Assembly (NCBI GenBank): GCA_964291655.2
Contig: OZ219802.1
Location: 1,888,001 to 1,952,000 of the forward strand
Origin: Chloroflexota bacterium
GTDB lineage: Bacteria; Chloroflexota; UBA11872; VXOZ01
DNA length: 64,000 nucleotides
Reading direction: 5' to 3'
The position numbers and the translations under genes were made by a program. Of this stretch, positions 21,343 through 31,457 are shown one piece after another (within the stretch, counting starts at the first letter, position 1; each line of letters begins with the position of its first letter). Below the pieces are notes generated by a model. That model was not told the origin of the DNA, ran no database searches, and was given only the letters and a program-made list of their open reading frames with translations.

Positions 21343-21735
21343 ATGACCACAACTGCTGAGACACCCGCCGCCATCCTGGAGCACCAGACCGCCGCCTGGA
21401 ACGCCGCGGACGTTGACGGCATTCTGCACGACTTCGCGCCGGATGCCGTGCTTACCAACGCCTCCGGCCAGACGCTCAGCGGCACCCCCGCCATTCGCCA
21501 GTCGCTCACGGCCTTCTTCAGCGCCTTCGCCCAGGTCCGCCTCACGGTGCGCGCGCTCGTCGCCCAGGGCGAAACCGCCGCCTGCGAGTGGGAGTTCTCC
21601 TGCCGCCACCGCCTCACCGGCAACGCCGCCCGCCTCCCCGCCAGTGTGTTTATCACCTGCAAGAACGGCAAAATCACCGAATGGCGCGAATACTACGACA
21701 CCGCCCAGTTCAAAGCGCAATTGGGACAAGGCTGA
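21343..21735 (+). CDS. SnoaL/NTF2-like domain protein
   Basis: AWNAADVDGILHDFAPDAV and NGKITEWREYYD motifs; start placed at ATG 21343. Confidence 0.85.
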   Translation: MTTTAETPAAILEHQTAAWNAADVDGILHDFAPDAVLTNASGQTLSGTPAIRQSLTAFFSAFAQVRLTVRALVAQGETAACEWEFSCRHRLTGNAARLPASVFITCKNGKITEWREYYDTAQFKAQLGQG

Positions 21736-21991
21736 TACTGAGGCATCGATGTTGGCTGTGAGTAATTCTCGCTGCTCATCCAATCTCGGAGCATTTGTGC
21801 TCTTGCAAACCGTCCGCAGACTAAGAACCATCTCCTGTTCATGTGACAAGGATGTGTTGGATAGCTTAGATAGCAGCGCCTTTACGGATGAAGAAGCTGA
21901 ACCGCCTTTTCCGCAGTGGCGCGCTCAGTTTCGACCGGCACAATTGCGGTTCTTGCCTTACCCGCGATAGGCTATCGGTAAGGAGGAGATC

Positions 21992-22105
21992 ATGATAGTC
22001 AAGGTCACTGCCAAACGCCAGGTAACCTTTCCCAAACACGTTCTGGATGCCATGGGCGTAGGACCCGGCGACCGGCTTGAGTTGCTGGAGGGCCCTGATG
22101 ATTGA
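21992..22105 (+). pseudogene. Truncated AbrB/MazE/SpoVT-family DNA-binding (antitoxin-like) ORF, 37 aa
   Basis: Strong RBS AAGGAGGAG then MIVKVTAKRQVTFPKHVLDAMGVGPGDRLELLEGPDD*; swapped-hairpin signature but stops early; no toxin follows. Confidence 0.7.
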
Positions 22106-22168
22106 CCCGCGCAACCAGACGCTCAAGAGGCTGCCCGCTGTGCGTCTCAAAGTTCTCTTGAAGAGTCC

Positions 22169-22789
22169 ATGAGTGCGACGCAACGAAAGATATCCGACGC
22201 CGCGGTGCGGAAGGCGACCGGCAAGGGCTGGGACGAGTGGTTCGTGCTGCTCGATGGCGAGGGGGCGGAGGCGCTGCCGCACAAGCAGATTGCGCGCCTG
22301 CTGTACGACAAGGGCTACATCACGAGCGGCTGGTGGTGCCAGATGGTCACCGTGGAATACGAGCGCGCCCGGGGCAAGCGGGTGCTCGGCGGTACGGAGA
22401 AGGCCGAATTCCAGATCGGCGTGCAGAAGTCGCTGCCGCTCTCGCCGGAGCACGCCTGGGACCTCATCACGCAGCCGGAAGGGCTCGCCCTGTGGCTCGG
22501 CACTGCCCCTGACCTGCGCTGGGAAAAGGGCGCGGCATACGCTACGGCAGAGGGCACGCGCGGCGAGGTCCGCAGCTTCACGCCGGAAAAGCACCTGCGC
22601 TTGACCTGGCAGCCGCCGGACTTTCCCGCTCCCTCTACCTTACAAGTCTCTCTGGAGCCGAGCGGCACAAAGACCGCCGTTCGCTTTCATCAAGAGAAGC
22701 TCGCCAACGCCGAGGCACGCGAGCAGATGCGGACGCACTGGCGGGAGGTTCTGCAGAAGCTGGCGGAGCTTGTGGAAGCTCGCAAATGA
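22169..22789 (+). CDS. SRPBCC/AHSA1-like domain protein
   Basis: ATGKGWDEWF N-terminal domain; C-terminal EVRSFTPEKHLRLTW...REQMRTHW START-like fold. Confidence 0.78.
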   Translation: MSATQRKISDAAVRKATGKGWDEWFVLLDGEGAEALPHKQIARLLYDKGYITSGWWCQMVTVEYERARGKRVLGGTEKAEFQIGVQKSLPLSPEHAWDLITQPEGLALWLGTAPDLRWEKGAAYATAEGTRGEVRSFTPEKHLRLTWQPPDFPAPSTLQVSLEPSGTKTAVRFHQEKLANAEAREQMRTHWREVLQKLAELVEARK

Positions 22790-23060
22790 ATGCGCCGCAG
22801 TGTGGCACACGCGCCACGCATCACGACAAGTAATCCTTTAGGGATTCTCCCGCGAGATCCCAACCTAATTCAGGGGAAGAACCAAGATCGAGCGGAAAGA
22901 GGAACTTGACGACGCGTTCGCAGTGATCGAGACCTACACCCCCTGGATTCCGGCTTGCGCCGGAATGACGGTAAGTTCATCACCCTGCGCCGCAAGAGCA
23001 CGCATTACGTGACCGCCATTGCGACTCATTTCTCGCGTTCCGCCGGGTGAAGCTTCCGGC

Positions 23061-25055
23061 CTATACCGCGTCGGAGACGGCATCGGGTTGCTGTGCAACC
23101 CGTTCCTGGTGGACGTGCGGGGGCAGCTTGCTGGGGGCGGCTACGTAGCGGGCGGCGTTCACCACCACCGCCACTGAGCCGAGGTTATGTGTCAGCGCGG
23201 CAGCGATAGGGCCGAGCACTCCGGTCGCCGCCAAGGCGATACCGGCGAGGTTCCAGACCAGCGCGAAAAGGAGATTCTGCTTGATGCCGCGCAGGGTCAT
23301 CTGGCTGATGGCAATCGCTGTGGGCAGTTGGCCGATGTCGCCGCGCATCAGGGCGATGTCGGCGGTTTCCGCCGCTACCGCCGTGCCGGTGCCGCCCATC
23401 ACAATGCCGAGATCGGCAGCCGCCAGCGCCGGGGCATCGTTCACGCCGTCGCCGGCCATTGCTACCCGTCTGCCGTCGTCCCGTGCGCCCCGTATCCATT
23501 CAACCTTGCCTTGCGGCAGCAAGCGGGCGTGCCAATCGTCGATGCCCACGGTCTCTGCCAGGCGCTTTGCCTCTGGCTGACGGTCGCCGGTGAGCATCAC
23601 AACCTGCCGGATGCCAAGCGCGTGGAGGTGCTCGATTGCTTGCGCCGCCGCCGGTCGCACGGTATCGGCAAACTGTATCCAGCCGCAAAAAGCTCCTTCC
23701 ACAGCAACTAACAGCAAGCTGCCGTCATGCGGTGCGGCCTCCTGCGGCGGCACGCCCGCGACGCCGTTCTCGCGGAGAAGTTCTCCGGTGCCGACCAGGA
23801 CGTGCTGTTGCCCGACGCGTCCTTCCACCCCTCTGCCCGGATACGCGCGAAAGTCTGTTGCAGACGGCAGATCGAGGGTTTGTGCAGCGGCATGACTCAC
23901 GAGCGCTTTGCCGAGCGGGTGTTCGGAATAGCGTTCCACCGCCGCCGCGAGCGTAAGCAGAGTCTCCGCCGCCATGCCCTCAGCCGGGATAACCTGCTGT
24001 ACCACGGGCGTGCCGAGGGTGAGCGTCCCGGTCTTGTCCACTGCTACGGTATCCACAGCGCCGGCGGCCTCGAAGCGGGCGCCGCCCTTGATGAGAATGC
24101 CCTGCCGCGCCGCGTTCGCTACCCCGGCGACAATAGCGGTAGGCGTCGCCAGGACCAGCGCGCACGGGCAGGCGATGATCAACACCGCCAGCGCCGCGCT
24201 GAGATTACCGGAAATCAGCCACGTGGCGCTGGAGACCAGCAGAATGGCAGGCGTAAAGTACTTGGCGTAGCGATCCGCCGCGCGCACGATCGGGGCGCGC
24301 TCCTCTTCAAGGGCGTCCAGCAGCCGTCCAATCTGCCCCACATACGCATTCTCACCCACCGCTTCCGTGCGAATCGTAAGCGCGCCGTCCTGGTTCAACG
24401 TACCCGCATACACGCGGTGCCCCGGCTCCTTGTGCACAGGGAGCGATTCACCGGTGACCAGCGTCTCGTCAACTGCCGCCGTGCCCGCAATTACCACGCC
24501 GTCCACCGGCAGGCGCTCACCCGGCTTCACCAGCACCCTGTCGCCTGGCTGCAAAGCGTCCGTGCTGACCTCTTCAATCTCGTCGCCCTCCAGGCGATGG
24601 GCATGCTCGGGCTGGAGCTCGGCCAAGTGTTCCAGCGCCGCCGTGGCGCGCTGGCTGGTGGCCTCCTCGAGCAGCTGGCCGAAGATCATCATGAAGACCA
24701 CGAGTCCGGCGGAGAGGTACTCACCGACCAGCACCGAGGCGATGACGGCAATGCTCACGAGTTCATCCACGTTCACCTGCCGCTGCCGCATGCCCTGCAG
24801 CGCACCCCACACGATGCCAGTTCCGCCAATAACAACCGCCGCCAGCGCCAAGCCCACGGCCAGGTAGGACTGGCCTTCCGGCACCAGTGATATCGTCAGT
24901 GTCTGGCCCAGATGGAAGTGCTGTGCAGCTCCTCCCTCGCTCGTGAAGGAGACCAGCCAGGCGGCGAGAATCAAGACACCCGTCGCCGCTACGGTGCGAA
25001 AGTGCGACGACCGCACCACGGGGCCGTATGTCTGCCAGAGATTGGAGAAAGGCAT
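23061..25055 (-). CDS. Heavy-metal-translocating P1B-type ATPase (ZntA/CadA-like)
   Basis: TGES, CPCALVLATP, DKTGT, SEHPL, MLTGD, GDGVNDAPAL motifs. Confidence 0.93.
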   Translation of the reverse strand: MPFSNLWQTYGPVVRSSHFRTVAATGVLILAAWLVSFTSEGGAAQHFHLGQTLTISLVPEGQSYLAVGLALAAVVIGGTGIVWGALQGMRQRQVNVDELVSIAVIASVLVGEYLSAGLVVFMMIFGQLLEEATSQRATAALEHLAELQPEHAHRLEGDEIEEVSTDALQPGDRVLVKPGERLPVDGVVIAGTAAVDETLVTGESLPVHKEPGHRVYAGTLNQDGALTIRTEAVGENAYVGQIGRLLDALEEERAPIVRAADRYAKYFTPAILLVSSATWLISGNLSAALAVLIIACPCALVLATPTAIVAGVANAARQGILIKGGARFEAAGAVDTVAVDKTGTLTLGTPVVQQVIPAEGMAAETLLTLAAAVERYSEHPLGKALVSHAAAQTLDLPSATDFRAYPGRGVEGRVGQQHVLVGTGELLRENGVAGVPPQEAAPHDGSLLLVAVEGAFCGWIQFADTVRPAAAQAIEHLHALGIRQVVMLTGDRQPEAKRLAETVGIDDWHARLLPQGKVEWIRGARDDGRRVAMAGDGVNDAPALAAADLGIVMGGTGTAVAAETADIALMRGDIGQLPTAIAISQMTLRGIKQNLLFALVWNLAGIALAATGVLGPIAAALTHNLGSVAVVVNAARYVAAPSKLPPHVHQERVAQQPDAVSDAV

Positions 25056-25300
25056 CGTCTACACCTGCTGAATTCTATTCACGCGCATCACAGTCAGCCT
25101 GGGACGCCGGTTTTGCAGCCGCGGAGTCGAAACAAGGCTATCCTGAAATGGCGATTGACCTTCGGTACGGCCGCGGCACAAAGCGACTGCTTCTCTACAG
25201 CCAATAGACTATATGGAATCTGGGGGCGCACGCAATCCCTGCCCTGCAAACGGCCTCATCCACTGCCGATCCTTGTCAGACATTCTACACCGGTGCACTT

Positions 25301-25329
25301 TTGACATGCGCGGCCAACATCGCTATACT
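25301..25329 (+). promoter_or_regulatory. Sigma70-type promoter upstream of the pheS leader
   Basis: TTGACA (25301-25306), 17-bp spacer, TATACT (25324-25329). Confidence 0.82.
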
Positions 25330-25335
25330 ATTGTC

Positions 25336-25533
25336 TTGCAAAGTAGCATAGCCCTTGCTTTAGGGGCATTTCCCAACAATACCTGTGGCGAGGGGCAATT
25401 AATTTATCCGTGGGCGTGGCAGTTTACGGGCCCGGAGAGCCGGGCAAAGTCTAGGCGAACCACGGAGACGTAGCCTAGCAGATCACCCGCCTTTCCGGCT
25501 GAACAGAAAGTGTTTACCCGCTTTCTGTTTTTT
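25336..25533 (+). ncRNA. Putative structured leader RNA / sRNA of unknown family
   Basis: Between promoter and terminator; stems TCCGTGG/CCACGGA, GCCCGG/CCGGGC, CTAGGC/GCCTAG (pseudoknot topology). Confidence 0.55.
25502..25533 (+). terminator. Intrinsic terminator / attenuator ahead of pheS
   Basis: AACAGAAAGTG-tttacc-CGCTTTCTGTT followed by TTTT. Confidence 0.75.
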
Positions 25534-25583
25534 GTTTGTGAAACGCAGCATTACTATATCTTGAAACGTAGGAACGGCAACCG

Positions 25584-26654
25584 ATGGCAGACGAGACGAC
25601 GGCAGCGGACATCGTAGCGCAACTTGAAGCGCTGGAGCGCGAAGCGCAGGCGCAACTCGCGGAGTGCGCCGCGGAGGCAGACCTGAGTGATTGGCGTACC
25701 ACGTACCTGGGCCGCAGCGGCAAAGTTACCCAACTCTTACGCGGTCTGGGCGGCCTGCCTAAAGAGGAACGCCCCCGCGTAGGCCAACTCGCCAACACGG
25801 TGAAGGGTCGGCTGGCGGAGGCGTTGGAGGCGCAGCAGGCGCTGCTCAAGCGCGGCCAGCACGCCGAAACCCTAAAGTCAGAGGCCCTTGACGTCACGCT
25901 CCCCGGCGATCCGGTACGCATGGGACAGCTCCATCCCACCACACAGGTGCTCAACGCGATTCTGGGCATCTTCGAGCGCATGGGGTTCCAGGTGGTGGAG
26001 GGGCCTGAGGTGGAGTGGGACCACTATAACTTCGCGATGCTCAATATTCCCTCCGACCATCCCGCCCGCGATATGTGGGATACGTTCTACGTGGATGCGG
26101 ATGCAACCAAGAACTTCGGCTCCATGCTGCTGCGCACGCACACCTCGCCGGTGCAAATTCGCGTAATGGAAAACACGCCGCCGCCTGTGCGCATCGTGGC
26201 GCCGGGGCGCGTCTATCGCAACGAGGCTACCGACGCCAGCCACGAAGCAATCTTCTACCAAGTGGAAGGTCTCGCCGTGGACGAGCGGACGAACATGGGG
26301 GACCTGAAAGGCGTGCTCACGGCATTCGCACGCGACCTCTTCGGCGTCAATACGCGCGTGCGCTTCAATTGCTCATACTTTCCGTTTGTAGAGCCGGGAG
26401 CGGAAGTATCCATTAGCTGCCACGTTTGCGGCGGTGACGGTTGCCGCGTCTGCAAGCATACCGGCTGGCTGGAGATTCTCGGCTGCGGCATGGTGCACCC
26501 GAACGTGCTCGAGGCCGTAAACTACGATCCCGCCCGCTACTCCGGCTTTGCGTTCGGCATGGGCGTTGAGCGCATTGCCATGCTCAAGTACGGCATCGAT
26601 GACATTCGCTACTTCTACAACAACGACATCCGCTTCCTTCAGCAGTTTCGCTGA
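25584..26654 (+). CDS. pheS: Phenylalanine-tRNA ligase alpha subunit
   Basis: HPARDMWDTFY, LLRTHTSPVQIR, FYQVEGL, YFPFVEP, GCGMVHP, GFAFGMGVER. Confidence 0.98.
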   Translation: MADETTAADIVAQLEALEREAQAQLAECAAEADLSDWRTTYLGRSGKVTQLLRGLGGLPKEERPRVGQLANTVKGRLAEALEAQQALLKRGQHAETLKSEALDVTLPGDPVRMGQLHPTTQVLNAILGIFERMGFQVVEGPEVEWDHYNFAMLNIPSDHPARDMWDTFYVDADATKNFGSMLLRTHTSPVQIRVMENTPPPVRIVAPGRVYRNEATDASHEAIFYQVEGLAVDERTNMGDLKGVLTAFARDLFGVNTRVRFNCSYFPFVEPGAEVSISCHVCGGDGCRVCKHTGWLEILGCGMVHPNVLEAVNYDPARYSGFAFGMGVERIAMLKYGIDDIRYFYNNDIRFLQQFR

Positions 26655-26877
26655 AGTCGTTCAACACTTTCGTTGAGGTCCTGCAACAGATCTGTTGACA
26701 CTATGAAATAGCTGCGTTGACGCAGAATCTGATGTTCTCGATCTTATGCAAAGCGCAACGGCAGCACTGAAAGCAACGTACCCAGCGCCGCGCGCGAGGC
26801 GCACTTTAGTCCGAATACGATAGACGTGGAGAGCAACGTCCGTTGGAGCGGACGCTCCCCGGGAGGTTCTTGATCGC

Positions 26878-29343
26878 ATGCGTGTATCACTCCGCTGGCT
26901 CGAAGAGTATGTAGCAATCAAGCTACCGGCTGAAGAGTTGGCACATGAGTTGACGATGGCCGGCATAGAGGTCGCACAGGTCATTCAGATCGGCGACTTC
27001 TGGCAGAACACGTTTGTCGGCACGGTCGTGGACCTCAAGGGCCATCCCAACGCCGATCGCCTGCAGCTTGTCACCGTTGATTACGGGCAAGAAGAACAAC
27101 CCACGTTCGTAACCGGCGCTATGAACATCGCCAAAGGCGATAAGGTGCCGGTGGCGCTGCTTGGCGCCGTGCTCAATGATGCCTATAGCGATACGCCACA
27201 GCGCATCGAGCTTAAGCCGGTCGTCCTGCGGGGAGTCAAGTCCGAAGGCATGGTCTGCTCTGCCAGAGAGCTTGGCTTGGGCGAAGACCATGAAGGCATT
27301 CTGATCCTCGATGCCGAGGCGCCGGTGGGCACGCCGCTCCAAGAATACATGGGCGATACAATCCTGGAACTTGATCTCAAGCCCAACCGCAGCGATTGTC
27401 TCGCTATGATTAACGTGGCCCGGGAAGTTTCGGCAATTACGGGAGAACGCTTGCGCCAACCGGCAACGCACAGAATAGACACGCCAACGCTTCCCGTGGT
27501 GCGTGTGGATATCAAAGAGCCGAAGTTCTGTGCGCGCTATGCGGCGGGCGTTGTCATAGACGTGACGATTGGGGCGTCGCCGCGCTGGATGCAAGAGCGG
27601 CTGCTGGCAGCAGGCATGCGTCCCATCAATAACATCGTGGACATCACAAATTACGTGATGCTGGAGTTTGGGCAACCGCTCCACGCCTTCGACTACGACA
27701 AGGTAACGGACGGAAACATCATCGTCCGGCGCGCTCACTTGGGCGAGAAACTAACCACCCTGGACGGAGAAGAGCGGACATTGGCTGCCGGCATGCTGGT
27801 CATCGCCGACCCCAACGGTCCTATCGCCCTGGCAGGCGTGATGGGCGGTCTGGATTCAGAAGTGACCGAGCGGACCACGCGCATCCTGTTGGAATCCGCC
27901 AGCTTCCACGCTACGTCGATCCGCCGCACGCGGCAAGCGCTTAACTTACCCAGCGAGGCATCCCGAAGGTTCGAACAGGGCGTGCCGCCGGAATTAGCTC
28001 CCATTGCGCGGGATCGCGCCATCGAACTCATCGTCGAGATTGCCGGCGGACGCGCCCGCAGCCACGCCGCGGATTCTTACGTCCGCCCGCAGCAACGCCC
28101 GGAGATTGAACTCTCCGAAGAGGACATTTCGCGGCTGCTCGGCATGGACATTCCCTTGACGACAGCCGCCGAGAAACTCCGGCCCTTGGGCTTCTCGTAT
28201 CGCCGTCAGAACAGCCGGCTGCACGTCACGGTGCCGCTCCACCGGCTGGACGTAAGCTGCTCAGCCGACCTCGTTGAGGAAGTCGCCCGCCTGGTAGGCT
28301 ACGACAACATTCCCACCACTATGCCGTCCGGCCCTTTGCCGGAAGCAGAGCCCGTACCGCTGCGCACGTGGACGGACCGGGCCAAACAGATACTGGTGGG
28401 CGCGGGCTTTGCGGAAGCGATCACTTACACGCTGACGAATGCGGCGCGGATGGGTCGCCTCTTGCCAAAGGGGGTGGCGGCTGAATTGCCCGACGGCCTG
28501 GCGCGCGTCGTGGCCGAATCAGTGCTGCCGCTGCACTCCTCTCCCCTTGACCTCAAGAACCCCTTTACTTCGGAGGCCAGCGCGCTGCGCACCGTGACGC
28601 TCGCGGGTCTGCTGGAGACGCTGGCAGGCAACCTCCGCCGCCAGACAAGCGACGTGCACCTCTTTGAGATAGCGCCCGTATTCCTCCCCGTGCGCTCCAA
28701 GCTGCCGGAGGAACGCCGCCTGCTCACCGCCGTGATGGGAGAATTCCGCACCGAGCAGTGGGGCGCCCGCGCCGAGAATACTTTCTATACGATCAAGGGC
28801 GCGGCGGAACAGGTTCTGCGGCAGTTCGGTATCACGGACTATGGCTTCGCGCCGGTGGAGCATCCGACATTTCATCCCTACCGGGCCGCGGCGGTGACCG
28901 TGCGCCAGGACGAAGAAGATCACGTGGTAGGCATTGTGGGCGAAATCAACGCAGAGGTGAGCGCCGCATTCGATATCGATCAACGGGCGCTGGCCTTGGT
29001 GCTCAATCTCCAGGAGTTGGTGTCTCTGGCCCGCGCCACACCGGTGTTCACGCCGCCGTCACGTCATCCTGCCGTGGTGCAAGACCTGGCGATTGTGCTG
29101 GATGCGGAAATCTCCGCCGAGCGGGTGGTAGAGGAAGTGCGCGGGGCAGGCGGCGATCTGCTGGAGAGCGTCGATCTCTTCGATGTCTACCAGGGCCCGC
29201 AAGTCCCCGACGGCAAGCGCAGCCTGGCCTACACCCTCACCTTCCGCGCCCCCGAACGCACGCTCAATGACGCCGAAGTAACCACCATCCGCGACCGTAT
29301 CATCGCCAAGCTGCAGGCATCCCTCAACGCCACATTGCGTTAG
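26878..29343 (+). CDS. pheT: Phenylalanine-tRNA ligase beta subunit
   Basis: MRVSLRWL, HPNADRL, LRGVKSEGMVCS, PNRSDCL, GQPLHAFD, DLVEEVARLVGY, LFDVYQG...KRSLAY. Confidence 0.98.
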   Translation: MRVSLRWLEEYVAIKLPAEELAHELTMAGIEVAQVIQIGDFWQNTFVGTVVDLKGHPNADRLQLVTVDYGQEEQPTFVTGAMNIAKGDKVPVALLGAVLNDAYSDTPQRIELKPVVLRGVKSEGMVCSARELGLGEDHEGILILDAEAPVGTPLQEYMGDTILELDLKPNRSDCLAMINVAREVSAITGERLRQPATHRIDTPTLPVVRVDIKEPKFCARYAAGVVIDVTIGASPRWMQERLLAAGMRPINNIVDITNYVMLEFGQPLHAFDYDKVTDGNIIVRRAHLGEKLTTLDGEERTLAAGMLVIADPNGPIALAGVMGGLDSEVTERTTRILLESASFHATSIRRTRQALNLPSEASRRFEQGVPPELAPIARDRAIELIVEIAGGRARSHAADSYVRPQQRPEIELSEEDISRLLGMDIPLTTAAEKLRPLGFSYRRQNSRLHVTVPLHRLDVSCSADLVEEVARLVGYDNIPTTMPSGPLPEAEPVPLRTWTDRAKQILVGAGFAEAITYTLTNAARMGRLLPKGVAAELPDGLARVVAESVLPLHSSPLDLKNPFTSEASALRTVTLAGLLETLAGNLRRQTSDVHLFEIAPVFLPVRSKLPEERRLLTAVMGEFRTEQWGARAENTFYTIKGAAEQVLRQFGITDYGFAPVEHPTFHPYRAAAVTVRQDEEDHVVGIVGEINAEVSAAFDIDQRALALVLNLQELVSLARATPVFTPPSRHPAVVQDLAIVLDAEISAERVVEEVRGAGGDLLESVDLFDVYQGPQVPDGKRSLAYTLTFRAPERTLNDAEVTTIRDRIIAKLQASLNATLR

Positions 29344-29401
29344 TTAGCGTGCTGAGGGAGAGAGATTAGTAAATTCGCCGCTGGTTTTGGCTAGTTAAGA
29401 C

Positions 29402-30055
29402 TCACTCAATTCCGGCGAGCTTACGAATCCCGTCGCGAAAAACCTGGAAACTCTTAGACTGGTTCCTCTCAACATCCATGTGCGGCGCGATGTTGCGGGC
29501 CCAATCACATTTTGCCTCCCCTGTTACCGGGTAGCCTTCTCGTTTCAATCGCGCTGCTCCGCCTGGATGGATTGCGTCCGCAAGGACCTCCCACGTGCCG
29601 CAGATACTGTCTTGCTCGTAACGGTTTAGAACTGGTTCTCTCGCTTTAGGATACGCGGCCTTCACGGCATTGGGGTCTCCCAGCAACCACGCCTCGCCTT
29701 CCTCGATAGCAATTCTAAAGAGCGTCGTTGGGCGCGGATAACATGAATACAGGACATTTAACAACTCTCTCTTAAGTGTCATGCAGTCGCGCCTGTCCAG
29801 GTCAACAACCACAATTACCGCAAAGCCCTCTTGCAAACTTTTACCGTAGCCCCTCAATACCTGTGGGAGTTGATTCAGTAGTAGCCGTTTCTGTTTGTCT
29901 ACCGATTCACGTAAGTCAGTTGGCAAGCGGCCTATACCCTTGTAGGCATGCACTCTCCAGGAATGAACCGAAGGGTCAGTACCAAGAATCCGCTCCAGTA
30001 TTTGCTCAAGTGCAATGCTGCCCGATGCATCTTCAACCAGCACCTCAAAGTGCAT
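29402..30055 (-). CDS. DUF4276-like (TOPRIM-type) protein
   Basis: MHFEVLVEDASG, VVVDLD, IEEGEAWLLGD, NQSKSF motifs; start placed at ATG 30055, overlapping the ATPase 3' end. Confidence 0.72.
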   Translation of the reverse strand: MHFEVLVEDASGSIALEQILERILGTDPSVHSWRVHAYKGIGRLPTDLRESVDKQKRLLLNQLPQVLRGYGKSLQEGFAVIVVVDLDRRDCMTLKRELLNVLYSCYPRPTTLFRIAIEEGEAWLLGDPNAVKAAYPKAREPVLNRYEQDSICGTWEVLADAIHPGGAARLKREGYPVTGEAKCDWARNIAPHMDVERNQSKSFQVFRDGIRKLAGIE

Positions 30056-31352
30056 TCGGCTCTCTCCACTCCAGGTAGTCACTGTACCAGAGACCTCCAA
30101 GCGGCAAGCCCTCGTCCACCATGGAAATGACAATCGGGTCGTCGCTGGCTCGTCGGATAGTGGCAAATCCATCCGCTTTTTTTTCTAAGACCCAGGTTTC
30201 ATCCGGCCTTAGTGCGTCAACGAAGTAAGGCTGATGCGTTGTAACGAAGATTTGAGGTGCGTTTTTTCTCCCAGTAGCATGTCGGCGAAACTCTTGAGCC
30301 AGTATCTCAAGCAGCCTATGGTAAAGGCCGTTCTCGGGCTCTTCAATGCAAATGAAAGGCGGCGGATGTGGATCTTCTAGCATGAGGAGATAGGCAAAGA
30401 CCTTGAGCGTGCCGTCGGACATTTGCTGTGCGTAGAAGGGATCTAAAAAACCTCGGTCACTAAAGCGCAGCAACAATCGCCCATCAGGGCTCCGTTCCGT
30501 TTCTACTTGCTTGATGCCGGGAATACGTCCAGCGATTCGTGCTAGAATTCGCTCGAACCTGTCTGGATGTTCTCTTTCCATAAATTGGACTACGTTGCCA
30601 AGATTGTCTCCATGCGCGTTCAATCGCCTTTGCGGGCCCGCCAAAGGCAGACTGCGGGCGGCGTCCGGTGTAAAATAGCTCAAGTACCACCCTTCAATAA
30701 ACTGACGAAATGCAGCAATCCTGGGATGCTGTTTTAGGGCACCAAGAGTTGAAATGCCAAGCCTACGTTTGTCCTGAAGCTCTACAAACTCAGTTTCCGC
30801 CTTCTCCTCACCTGCCAATTCACGCATGAATTCAACTAAGTCGATCCTAACTGTCCCATCTTCATCCACTTGTCGTCCTTGCGCATCACCCTTCCAGGCC
30901 ACGCCTACACCCTCGTTCATCATCAAGAATGAAAAAGGCCAACCACGTCTTTGCCCCTTACGACGTTGGCGCAAACGCTCGCGAGCTACATACGGGCGCC
31001 CCGAATCATCCAGATCAATTGCAACTTCATAGGTTATCGGCCGCGCTCTTGTCTCTTCCCTGTAGTAGATCGCGAACTCAATTGGCTCACTACTTCCTTG
31101 CGCGCGAATTCGCTCGAAGCCACCTCGCCCACTCGCATCGCATGCCTCTTCGATGCCCAGTTTGAGGCAGTCTGCCAAGAAGCCAAAGGCATCAAAAAGG
31201 GAACTCTTGCCCACACCATTCTTGCCAATCACCGCCGTCATGGGAGTCAGTGGTTGCGCAGCCTGAGTATTCCAGAGCTTTCCAAGTGTAATATCCTTGA
31301 GTACCCTATAGTTTTTGATTCTGATCCCCTCTATTCTTGCCATGACGGACAC
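30045..31352 (-). CDS. ABC-type/AAA_21-family ATPase
   Basis: IKNYRVL, Walker A GKNGVGKSS, signature MSDGT, Walker B ICIEEPENGLY, H-loop VTTHQP. Confidence 0.9.
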   Translation of the reverse strand: MSVMARIEGIRIKNYRVLKDITLGKLWNTQAAQPLTPMTAVIGKNGVGKSSLFDAFGFLADCLKLGIEEACDASGRGGFERIRAQGSSEPIEFAIYYREETRARPITYEVAIDLDDSGRPYVARERLRQRRKGQRRGWPFSFLMMNEGVGVAWKGDAQGRQVDEDGTVRIDLVEFMRELAGEEKAETEFVELQDKRRLGISTLGALKQHPRIAAFRQFIEGWYLSYFTPDAARSLPLAGPQRRLNAHGDNLGNVVQFMEREHPDRFERILARIAGRIPGIKQVETERSPDGRLLLRFSDRGFLDPFYAQQMSDGTLKVFAYLLMLEDPHPPPFICIEEPENGLYHRLLEILAQEFRRHATGRKNAPQIFVTTHQPYFVDALRPDETWVLEKKADGFATIRRASDDPIVISMVDEGLPLGGLWYSDYLEWREPNAL

Positions 31353-31457
31353 TACCTCTTTTTACCCTGAAGTTTTCAGGAACATCGCAGTTGTTCTGAT
31401 AGTCTTCTCACTAGCCCAATCGCTACTATAGCAACTTTCCAAAATGCAGCTGTTCGT

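Noticed and set aside
25336-25533. T-box riboswitch or pheM-like leader peptide
   Set aside because: No GGTGGNACC T-box motif before the terminator and no short ORF with Phe codons.
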